From Candidatus Cloacimonadota bacterium (GTDB taxonomy: Bacteria > Cloacimonadota > Cloacimonadia > Cloacimonadales > WRIO01), in assembly GCA_029564175.1 (NCBI GenBank), contig JAKQQL010000224.1, forward strand, positions 1-26,504: DNA of 26,504 bases, given 5' to 3'. The notes under the pieces were generated by a model. The model saw nothing but the letters and a program-made list of their open reading frames with translations, did no database searches and was not told the origin of the DNA. Shown here one piece after another: positions 18,710 to 26,504 of this stretch. A program made the position numbers and the translations under genes. Position 1 is the first letter of the stretch, and every line of letters starts with the position of its first letter.

Positions 18710-21700
18710 ATGAAAAAAATCATTTGGATATTAATCCTGTTTAACGCAATTAACTTTTGTTTTGCAAGTGATTTAAACCAGGAATGGATAACAATTACAA
18801 CTCACTATCAAAATAATGAGTTTGACTCTGTTTCAACGAAAATTGTTCCATTTATTAATCAACTGGAATCTCTTTCTGCATGGACAAATCTTATTCCAGC
18901 ATACTTCTATCAGGCTTCTGCAAAACTCCTTTCTGGTCAATATGATCAGGCAGACTCCTTGTTTGACCAATTAATTGAATTCTCAGAAAAACATCAGCTG
19001 TCAGATTCAATAAAAGATATCAGATACAAACAAACATCACTCTATGTAAAAGCATTTCAAGACTTAAAAGAAGAAAAGCATCCTTCTTGTATCAAGGTTC
19101 TCACTAAAGCAATTAATTTATCATTAACTTACAGGATAAATAACTATTTAGCAGTTCTGTACTACGAAAGAGCTTTATTGAATGAAAAAAATGGAATGAA
19201 CAGTTTGATGGAAGCTGATTTATTAAAAAGTATAGAAGTTAATGAACAACTATCACAAAACGAATCACTAAAAAAAAATGCCCAAGAAAAACTTGCCAAA
19301 CTTTATGTGGATAGAAAACAATACCAGGAGCTTGATAAATTAAAACTAAATACCAATGCCAATATCGAATTGAAAATCCAGACGGCTCTGGACCTCGAAA
19401 GTAAAGGGGATTACATTAAAGCAGATCAGGTTCTTGTATCAATTCAAAATGAAGTTTATACAAATCTATCTGATGAACGGATTATGGATTTTATAAAAAA
19501 ACGTTTTCTGCTTTATGACAGAAGGAATCTTTCAAAATCTGCATTAGACACGCTCGATGTAACAATTGATAAATTAAATAAACTTTCAAAAAGTCACGGA
19601 TTATTATTTTCTGTTTCAGAATTCAGAATTGCCGCCTTTTTGTACAATGGATTATCCAATGAAGCAGGAATAGCCAGTGAAAAACTAAGTAAACAATTTG
19701 CAAAATGGAATCTGTCAACAGATTATCATGCCCGTTTTTACAAAATGATGGGAGATATCAGTTATCTGAAGGGAAGTATAAAGCAGGCAATCACTCATTA
19801 CAATAATGCAATTGAATACGCTATATCTCTTGACAAACTACAGTATTATGAATTATTAAACAATCTGGGGCTTGCATACGAGAAAGATAAACAAACAGAA
19901 AAAGCCAGAGAAAATTTTGTCAGAATCTATAATGAAACAGCAAATACGCAGTATATTGATAATCATTACAGAGCAGGCATCAATCTTGGATTGATTTACA
20001 CAAAAACTGATAAACTACCTGAAGCAAGTCATTTATACGAAGAAATCAGAATCAGCGCTCAAAGTAAGGAATTATATTATTTGTTTATTTCTGCATCGCT
20101 GAGACTGGCTGAAGTATATCAGATGCAAGGTTTTGACTCTATGGCAGGCAATCTGTTTTATCAGATTGAAGGAATGAAAAACTACCTTCAAAATCCTTTG
20201 GAAAAGACTCAAGTTGCCATTTCACTGAGCGATTATTATGCTAAAACAGGGAATCTTATTAAATCTTTAAAATTCTTAAATGAAGCTGATGTTTTAGCAA
20301 ATGAAAATAAATTGGTTCATTTTCAAAATGCAATACAAGAAAAAATGGCTCAAATGAACTTTAACCAGGGCAACTATAGTCAGGCAAGAAAATCCTATGA
20401 ACAGCTGATTAAATACTATCAGGAACAAGATGATCTTTACAATATCCTTGTTACCCGTTTAAAAATTGCTTTGACCTGGATGTCTGAAAAAGATTATCAG
20501 GAAACAGAAAAAGTTATCAAAAACATCCTGATTAAAACTTATAAAGGAAAATCAGAATACAAAAATCTAATGATTGAAGATGTCATTTATGTTGACATTT
20601 TCTGTAAATCCATGATTTATTATTCATCAGTTCATTTTCTTCAAGCTACTCAACAGGAAAATATAGGCTTAATGATGAAATCTCTTGATGAAATCGATGA
20701 TATTATTACATTTATGGATAATAATCGTTATATCTTTATACAGGACAGTCAGTCAGAATTTGAAAAAAACAGTTTTATCAATGCTTACAAATTAAAGGTT
20801 GATATTTGTGCAAATCTGTATAATCGTACCAATGATCCTAAATACCTGGAAAATGCCTTTGATGTCAGTGAAAAAGCAAGAAGTCAGGCGTTTATATCTG
20901 AAGCAGGTGCACAAATAATCAGCAAACTTAACAATCCTAAGATGAAAGACATGAACGGAGCACAGTATGCATTTATCTCGAATAAAAGTCAAATTGAACT
21001 GGAAACAGGTAATGGTTTAGAACGTGGATTAAAAATAAAAGGTGGCAGTAAAAACAGTGAAATATTGGCTACTGAATTGCAATATACCCAACAAAAGTAT
21101 AATGAACTGGTCAATACACTGAAAGATGACAAAAGCAGTCAGTTAATTGATATTAACACCCTTTCACTTTCATCAATACAAAACATTCTTGAATCTGACG
21201 AAACGATAATGAACTACTATGTATCCAGTAATAACTGTTATCTTTTTATTATCCATAAGGACAAAACATCACTTATAACCATTGCTGAAAGTTATGCTCA
21301 AATTTCAAATTTGATTGATCAATACAGAGCTCAAATTATGGATTACAATTCACTTGCATACAAAACAAACAGTCAATCTCTCTATAATTTACTGGTAAAG
21401 CCTGTTGAAAATGAAATCAAGAATAAAAATCTGATTATTATTCCTTCCGGAAAACTTAACAACCTCCCCTTTGCCACACTTCATAATCAATCTGAATTTC
21501 TACTTGAAAATCATATCATTTGCCAGTTACCGAATATCTCTTTAATTCAATTCATCAATTTAAAAAAACAAATGCCTTCTCAAATGTCTGTCTTTGCAAT
21601 TGGAAATCCAGATAATCCAATAGCATCAAGGCTTCCTGGTACAGAAACAGAAGTCAGAAAAATTCAGGAGTTAATTCCTAACAGTTCATTTGTACTGGGA

Positions 21701-22183
21701 TTAGAATCCAATAGAAGCAGAATTATGAAAGAAATGGAAAACAAAACCATTCTTCATTTTGCTACTCATGGTCTTTTTGAACCAGAATATCCACTGCTAT
21801 CAGGCCTTATTTTAAGTCCTGAACATCAAAAAGATGATGGAATACTCAGACTCTTTGAAATTTATAATCTAAACCTCAGTGAAACCAGATTGGTTGTTCT
21901 ATCAGCCTGTGAAACCGGATTGGCAAAGATAAAACAAAACGATGATGTCATTGGCCTTGTGAGAGGATTTTTCTTTGCTGGCGCTTCGAATATTATTGCT
22001 TCATTATGGCAGGTTAGCGATACAGCAACTTCTGAACTAATGATCGCATTTTATCAGAATCTAAACTCTGGTAAAAGTATGTCAAAGTCAATTCAAAATG
22101 CTCAACTGTCTTTAATAGCAAAACCTGCTACAACACATCCCTACTATTGGGGAGCTTTTAATCTTTATGGATTTGCTCATTAA
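18710..22183 (+). CDS. Exported TPR-CHAT (caspase HetF associated with TPRs) cysteine protease
   Basis: Signal peptide MKKIIWILILFNAINFCFA|S; long TPR array; SEKARSQAF; IIIPSGKLNNLPF; LPGTETEV; catalytic HFATH(1020)G and LSAC(1067)ETG; SLWQVSD; HPYYWGAF. Confidence 0.95.
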   Translation: MKKIIWILILFNAINFCFASDLNQEWITITTHYQNNEFDSVSTKIVPFINQLESLSAWTNLIPAYFYQASAKLLSGQYDQADSLFDQLIEFSEKHQLSDSIKDIRYKQTSLYVKAFQDLKEEKHPSCIKVLTKAINLSLTYRINNYLAVLYYERALLNEKNGMNSLMEADLLKSIEVNEQLSQNESLKKNAQEKLAKLYVDRKQYQELDKLKLNTNANIELKIQTALDLESKGDYIKADQVLVSIQNEVYTNLSDERIMDFIKKRFLLYDRRNLSKSALDTLDVTIDKLNKLSKSHGLLFSVSEFRIAAFLYNGLSNEAGIASEKLSKQFAKWNLSTDYHARFYKMMGDISYLKGSIKQAITHYNNAIEYAISLDKLQYYELLNNLGLAYEKDKQTEKARENFVRIYNETANTQYIDNHYRAGINLGLIYTKTDKLPEASHLYEEIRISAQSKELYYLFISASLRLAEVYQMQGFDSMAGNLFYQIEGMKNYLQNPLEKTQVAISLSDYYAKTGNLIKSLKFLNEADVLANENKLVHFQNAIQEKMAQMNFNQGNYSQARKSYEQLIKYYQEQDDLYNILVTRLKIALTWMSEKDYQETEKVIKNILIKTYKGKSEYKNLMIEDVIYVDIFCKSMIYYSSVHFLQATQQENIGLMMKSLDEIDDIITFMDNNRYIFIQDSQSEFEKNSFINAYKLKVDICANLYNRTNDPKYLENAFDVSEKARSQAFISEAGAQIISKLNNPKMKDMNGAQYAFISNKSQIELETGNGLERGLKIKGGSKNSEILATELQYTQQKYNELVNTLKDDKSSQLIDINTLSLSSIQNILESDETIMNYYVSSNNCYLFIIHKDKTSLITIAESYAQISNLIDQYRAQIMDYNSLAYKTNSQSLYNLLVKPVENEIKNKNLIIIPSGKLNNLPFATLHNQSEFLLENHIICQLPNISLIQFINLKKQMPSQMSVFAIGNPDNPIASRLPGTETEVRKIQELIPNSSFVLGLESNRSRIMKEMENKTILHFATHGLFEPEYPLLSGLILSPEHQKDDGILRLFEIYNLNLSETRLVVLSACETGLAKIKQNDDVIGLVRGFFFAGASNIIASLWQVSDTATSELMIAFYQNLNSGKSMSKSIQNAQLSLIAKPATTHPYYWGAFNLYGFAH

Positions 22184-22195
22184 AAATATAGCATT

Positions 22196-22241
22196 GGGCG
22201 GTTAGAACTTGTTTTCAAAAGAAGTCTCACCGCTCTTTTTT
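22196..22241 (+). terminator. Probable Rho-independent terminator after the CHAT gene
   Basis: GGGCGGT-T-AGA-A-CTT ... AAG-TCT-C-ACCGCTC followed by TTTTTT. Confidence 0.65.
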
Positions 22242-22316
22242 ACAATCTTAAAAAGTTAAGAATTGTAATTGACAATCATTCCGTAATAATTTTAACAGAT
22301 AACTAAGGAGTAAAAT

Positions 22317-23843
22317 ATGATCAAATATTACTTTATCTTGTGCTTATTGATAAGTATGAATTTACTTACAGCAATGCCCGTTTGGTACAGTGAAGCAGAT
22401 AATACTCTCGAGTATCAGGATTATCTAATTGGAAAAGGGATTTATGAGTATAATCGTAAAACCAAAGCAAATGCCCTTGAAAAAGCAAAAGCTGAAGCGT
22501 TAAAAAATCTCGCAATGATGCTCAGTTCTCAGGTAACAGGAGAAATCTTAGTCAAACAATCAGAGAAAATCCATAATAATGAAGTAAAAGCAGAAGAATG
22601 TTTTGTAAATGAAACTCAAATCAGAAGCAATCTTGAATTTGTAAATGCTCAAGTACTTAAAAATGAACGAGATGATGGAATGATTTATGTTTTAGTTGGT
22701 ATTCCAAAAGCCGATCTTAAAAATTATTATAAAAATAAAGTGCTTGATCATCTGGATTTCATTACACAGGCATATCTAACAACTAACAAAGATGTGGCTT
22801 TAGTCAGCAGAGAAGATATTCAATTATTAAAACAAGCCTTAATCCGTTATGAACAGGCAAAAGAATTTTATAAAACCTGGCAAGTGATTAACCAGTGGCA
22901 AAGCGATCTTGACTATTACTGGCAGAAAGCACCAAAACAAGCTGAACTTAACTACAGATTGTCTGTTTATGAATCTGGGAGAGCCAAAAGTGTTTATGAT
23001 ATTGCAGAAGAATTATGCGAAAATATGAATTTAAATCCACAATATCCTGTTTTACTCCAACCTGTCAATTTTGAAAATTTTCAATTTGTATCTGATTTTA
23101 GTAAACAACTCAATTCTTCTATCCATTCTATTCTCCAGAATAAATACAATATGCGAGTCATCGAAAGTATTGAAAATGATTCAGTGTATTATCAGACAAA
23201 AGGTAAAATTATGGAATCAGGAAAAGAGTTTAATGTGCTCTTTTCAATAAAAGATGCTGTCTCTTACAAAGAAATTTCCAATCAAAGTCTGATTAACCAA
23301 CTCTCTGTATCTAAGCTAGGCAGAGAATTTATTCAGCCTAAAAATTACAAACAACTGCTTGAAGACCGGATTCAGTTATGCAATGCAATTCAGACAGATA
23401 ACTCATTAAAAGTGGATTTACAAACAGATAAACTAACAGATGGAGCCGTTACTTATGTTTTTGGAGACGAACCGAAAATTTTCATCAGAGCGAATAAAGC
23501 GTGTTATGTTAGGCTGATATATATCTTTGCCGATGGCACCAAAACACTTCTGATTGACAACTATTTTGTTGGAAAACACCAAATAAACCAATGGATTAAG
23601 ATAGGTAACGAATTTGAAGTTTGCGGACCTGAAGGATCTGAACAACTATTATTGCAAGCCTCTACATCTGAACTGCCTCCAATCAGTATCAGTCGTAAAA
23701 TGATTGATGGGAATGATTTTATAGATTATATACAGAATAATGATTTTTCCTTGCATTTAGGTAAAACCAGAGGTATCAAACAAAAATCATCAAAACAAGA
23801 AATAACAGAATCTACTTATCAATGGACAATCTTTGAAAAATAG
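22317..23843 (+). CDS. Exported protein with LPP20-like N-terminal domain, FlgO/CsgG-like middle domain and C-terminal DUF4384
   Basis: SD AAGGAG; signal ...MNLLTA|MPVW; LPP20-like YLIGKG...ALEKAKAEALKNLAMMLSSQV; DUF4384-like LKVDLQTDK...YVFGDEPKIFIRANKACYVRLIYIFADG...GPEGSEQLLLQAS; TTGACA at 22269 upstream. Confidence 0.78.
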   Translation: MIKYYFILCLLISMNLLTAMPVWYSEADNTLEYQDYLIGKGIYEYNRKTKANALEKAKAEALKNLAMMLSSQVTGEILVKQSEKIHNNEVKAEECFVNETQIRSNLEFVNAQVLKNERDDGMIYVLVGIPKADLKNYYKNKVLDHLDFITQAYLTTNKDVALVSREDIQLLKQALIRYEQAKEFYKTWQVINQWQSDLDYYWQKAPKQAELNYRLSVYESGRAKSVYDIAEELCENMNLNPQYPVLLQPVNFENFQFVSDFSKQLNSSIHSILQNKYNMRVIESIENDSVYYQTKGKIMESGKEFNVLFSIKDAVSYKEISNQSLINQLSVSKLGREFIQPKNYKQLLEDRIQLCNAIQTDNSLKVDLQTDKLTDGAVTYVFGDEPKIFIRANKACYVRLIYIFADGTKTLLIDNYFVGKHQINQWIKIGNEFEVCGPEGSEQLLLQASTSELPPISISRKMIDGNDFIDYIQNNDFSLHLGKTRGIKQKSSKQEITESTYQWTIFEK

Positions 23844-23907
23844 AGTTAAGAGATAAAGTCTCCAGATTGTTTACACAAGGTCTGTTCATTCATGTTTAAA
23901 ATGAAAA

Positions 23908-24207
23908 TCAGCTGATAATCATTTTTATATCTTTGATTCGATGTTTTAAAATGATATCTGTATGGAATTTGATATTGATGATTCCCTTTTCAAGACTTGA
24001 ATCAATTTTATAATCTATACACGAGATATAATTCTGAATATCTGGGATCTGATTTTCAAGATTTTTGGCAATATCGTGAATAATCAAATTCAGATTCTTA
24101 TTAGATAATGCCTTATTTAAATGCGATTTTGCACTCTTTTCAGCTATCATCCTGATTTGAGCTAATTTTTCCTTCTCCTGATCATAAACTACTTCATTAT
24201 TCTCCAT
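23908..24207 (-). CDS. Small hypothetical protein (99 aa)
   Basis: SD GGAGG at 24216-24212 and TTGACA at 24250-24245 upstream; no recognisable motif. Confidence 0.65.
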   Translation of the reverse strand: MENNEVVYDQEKEKLAQIRMIAEKSAKSHLNKALSNKNLNLIIHDIAKNLENQIPDIQNYISCIDYKIDSSLEKGIINIKFHTDIILKHRIKDIKMIIS

Positions 24208-24331
24208 AAATCCTCCAATATCACAAAATTAAAACATTAAAAATTGTCAAGAATATATTTGACTTATTAGAAGTTTATAAACTCAACATTTTTTAAAATC
24301 ATTCAATAATTAAATTTTTTTAAAAAATGTA

Positions 24332-24360
24332 TTGACAATATTAATATATTTAATTATTGT
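24332..24360 (+). promoter_or_regulatory. Sigma70-type promoter of the DUF2089 operon
   Basis: TTGACA (24332-24337), 17-nt spacer, TATTGT (24355-24360); SD AAGGAGG at 24373-24379. Confidence 0.7.
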
Positions 24361-24383
24361 ATTAACATATTTAAGGAGGATGA

Positions 24384-24761
24384 ATGATAAAAGGAAATCA
24401 GCAGTTAATCAAATGTCCTGTTTGTGATGAACCTTTGCTTATAAAAGAGTTTCATTGTGATGAATGTAACACAACGATCAGAGGCAATTTTGAACCTGGC
24501 CATATAAACAAACTGAGCAAAGAACAACTCACCTTCGTAAAGATATTTTTATTGTGTCAGGGTAATATCAAAGAAGTTGAAAAAAAACTAAACATTTCTT
24601 ATCCTACTGTAAAAAATCGTCTGGCAGAAATCATAGATGTGATCAATGATAATGATGATTCATCTGATAATGTAATCAGTATATTGGAAGAAATTGAGAA
24701 TGGCCTCGTGGGTGTTGATGAAGCCATAGATAAAATAAATAAAAGGAGAAACCTGAAATGA
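24384..24761 (+). CDS. DUF2089 family zinc-ribbon/HTH protein with SHOCT-like C-terminus
   Basis: CPVC...CDEC zinc ribbon; GNIKEVEKKLNISYPTVKNRL HTH; ILEEIENGLVGVDEA tail. Confidence 0.9.
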   Translation: MIKGNQQLIKCPVCDEPLLIKEFHCDECNTTIRGNFEPGHINKLSKEQLTFVKIFLLCQGNIKEVEKKLNISYPTVKNRLAEIIDVINDNDDSSDNVISILEEIENGLVGVDEAIDKINKRRNLK

Positions 24762-26086
24762 AAGAAATTTTGAAGCATTCATCCCAGGAAGGAAAAACAT
24801 TAACCGGTAGCCTAACACTGGATGTTGATCCTCAATTACAGATTAAAGTAGAAACAGATGTTGTCAAGTTGAATTTTAAACAACATGATCTACAGCAAAT
24901 TACTTTAACCTATCAGTTGGAATTAGAAGATTCTTCAGAATATGAAGAGGAGAATGAGCCTGTTGGTCAATATCACTATGACGAAGGTAATAATATCTTT
25001 ACTTATAAGATTTATTCCGATGACAATCTGGAACGAAGTAAAAAACAGACCTGTGAAATTACAGTACCTGTCAATTCTACGATTCACGCTTCATCTGAAG
25101 TAAGCTCAATTGAATTGAGCAATATTCAGGCAAAAGTAGATCTGAATAATGAAAACGGGCCTGTTTACGTGATTAAATCGGAAATTGAAGGAAAAATTAG
25201 CGTAGAAAACGGACCCGCTGACCTAAAACAATCAAAAACAGATATTGAAATTGTCTCTGAAAATGGCCCTGTCACTTTAAAAATGTGTGAAGGTAAAACA
25301 ATTAGTATTAAATCTGAAAATGGTCCGGTTAAAATGAATGACGTTTGTTATCAATATATTGATGTAAATACTGAAAATGGACCTGTTGTTTGCGAGATTC
25401 TGGATATTTTGGAAGGTCAGGTAAATATTAAAACAGAAAATGGTCCTATTAAAGTTATTATCCCTGAAAATTTACCATTTAATCTTACTGCTAAAACCGA
25501 AAACGGGCCAATCCGAACAAAACAGAGTTCATCAACTGGAGGTACAAACTCAGTTGTACTGACTAATTCTGATTCTAAAGTCTTTTTTGATCTGGAATCT
25601 GAAAATGCCCCCATTTCAATACTACATGACAATCAGCTAATCATCAAAGCAATAGAAAAAGAACTTAATAAAACCAGTGAATACATTAGAAGAGTGGCAA
25701 CAGAATTTAATCCTGAAGATTTCAAGGAAAAAATGCAGGAGACTGTCAGAAAGATCAAAATAATGGCTGAGCATACAATTGATAAAGGCAAAAATGATTT
25801 TTCTGAAAATTTTGAGAAATTCTATACAAAACTGGATAAAGAAAATATTGATAAGCTAAAGGAAACCGTTATGGAAAAAAAAGATGAGTTACTCAGCACC
25901 ATAAAGACTTCCATCGACAAACTCAAGGATGTAGAAATCAAGTTTGAAAGTAAAGAAAAATCTAAAAAGAAAAGTGTTAATGAAGAGAATAAAGAATTAT
26001 CACGACTTAAAATCCTGGAAATATTGGAAAAAGGGATAATCAGTGCAGAAGAAGCTGAAAGACTTTTAAAAGCACTCGATTCATAA
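24758..26086 (+). CDS. DUF4097 (toast-rack beta-repeat) protein with coiled region and C-terminal SHOCT-like domain
   Basis: ATGA overlap with the DUF2089 gene; seven ENGP repeats plus one ENAP at roughly 19-21 aa spacing; tail RLKILEILEKGIISAEEAERLLKAL. Confidence 0.85.
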   Translation: MKEILKHSSQEGKTLTGSLTLDVDPQLQIKVETDVVKLNFKQHDLQQITLTYQLELEDSSEYEEENEPVGQYHYDEGNNIFTYKIYSDDNLERSKKQTCEITVPVNSTIHASSEVSSIELSNIQAKVDLNNENGPVYVIKSEIEGKISVENGPADLKQSKTDIEIVSENGPVTLKMCEGKTISIKSENGPVKMNDVCYQYIDVNTENGPVVCEILDILEGQVNIKTENGPIKVIIPENLPFNLTAKTENGPIRTKQSSSTGGTNSVVLTNSDSKVFFDLESENAPISILHDNQLIIKAIEKELNKTSEYIRRVATEFNPEDFKEKMQETVRKIKIMAEHTIDKGKNDFSENFEKFYTKLDKENIDKLKETVMEKKDELLSTIKTSIDKLKDVEIKFESKEKSKKKSVNEENKELSRLKILEILEKGIISAEEAERLLKALDS

Positions 26087-26131
26087 AACATAATGTTGAG
26101 TTTTACTTAACATTCCAAATGTGTGTCATAT

Positions 26132-26170
26132 AATCCTGATTGTAATTTAAATTTACAATCAGGATTTTCT
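26132..26170 (+). terminator. Hairpin, probable terminator of the DUF2089 operon
   Basis: Perfect 14-bp inverted repeat AATCCTGATTGTAA / TTACAATCAGGATT with a 7-nt loop, followed by TTCTT. Confidence 0.75.
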
Positions 26171-26504
26171 TAATGATAGAATCCATATATGTATTATAAT
26201 CTTTTTATTTATCTGTATCAGTATAAGTTATCTGTCCCTTTCAGGTAAATATGATTATATTCATTTTGATTTACATAACAAGCCTGGTGTGCAACAATAT
26301 AATCAATAATCTACAGCACTTTATTCATAAATCTAAGAATGGAGACGACAGAGATTGTAGTTTACTTAGTTAAGTCCCAAATGTTGGTGTAAAGTTCCAA
26401 CCCTTTGTTTTCAAAGTAATACAAGATTTTTTTTCTTATATTTCACTTCTATATTGACTTTGATTACAATTTAAATTTTCTTTAGTCTATTTGTCAAGAT
26501 CTTT

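Noticed and set aside
25145..25615. Recurring GAAAAYGGNCC DNA motif at about 60-bp spacing
   Set aside because: It encodes the ENGP protein repeats of DUF4097 with synonymous variation; it is not a DNA-level array.
12665..26091. Short minus-strand ORFs within the plus-strand genes
   Set aside because: Nested antisense to well-supported CDSs, with composition typical of shadow ORFs.
11741..26504. tRNA-anchored genomic island carrying the CHAT cluster
   Set aside because: No integrase or transposase, no duplicated tRNA end seen, and the cluster lies on the 5' side of the tRNA.

Overview
AT-rich (roughly 30% GC by eye) DNA from a diderm bacterium; the gene style suggests Cloacimonadota or a similar anaerobe, but that is an inference. 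Left half (minus strand): tRNA-Phe(GAA) with its terminator, a REC-histidine kinase, a CheB-CheR-PAS fusion overlapping a large multi-PAS hybrid kinase (HisKA-HATPase-REC-REC-HPt), and a long-chain acyl-CoA ligase. Right half (plus strand): a six-gene cluster (12340-23843) in which every product has an export signal. It encodes a TPR lipoprotein, two proteins whose apparent caspase-like (C14) domains lack the catalytic His/Cys, a vWA-TPR-OmpA-SPOR protein, a TPR-CHAT protease with an intact His/Cys dyad, and an LPP20-like/DUF4384 protein. The CHAT and DUF4384 proteins share an R-G-[LI]-K-x-K motif. This looks like a periplasmic, peptidoglycan-tethered caspase-fold proteolytic system and is the best candidate for an undescribed system here. 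A DUF2089/DUF4097-SHOCT pair follows. Small non-coding elements include a 9-bp-unit inverted repeat element (10412-10512) and 11-bp purine-rich tandem repeats (12013-12056). All domain calls come from motif recognition by eye; no searches were run.
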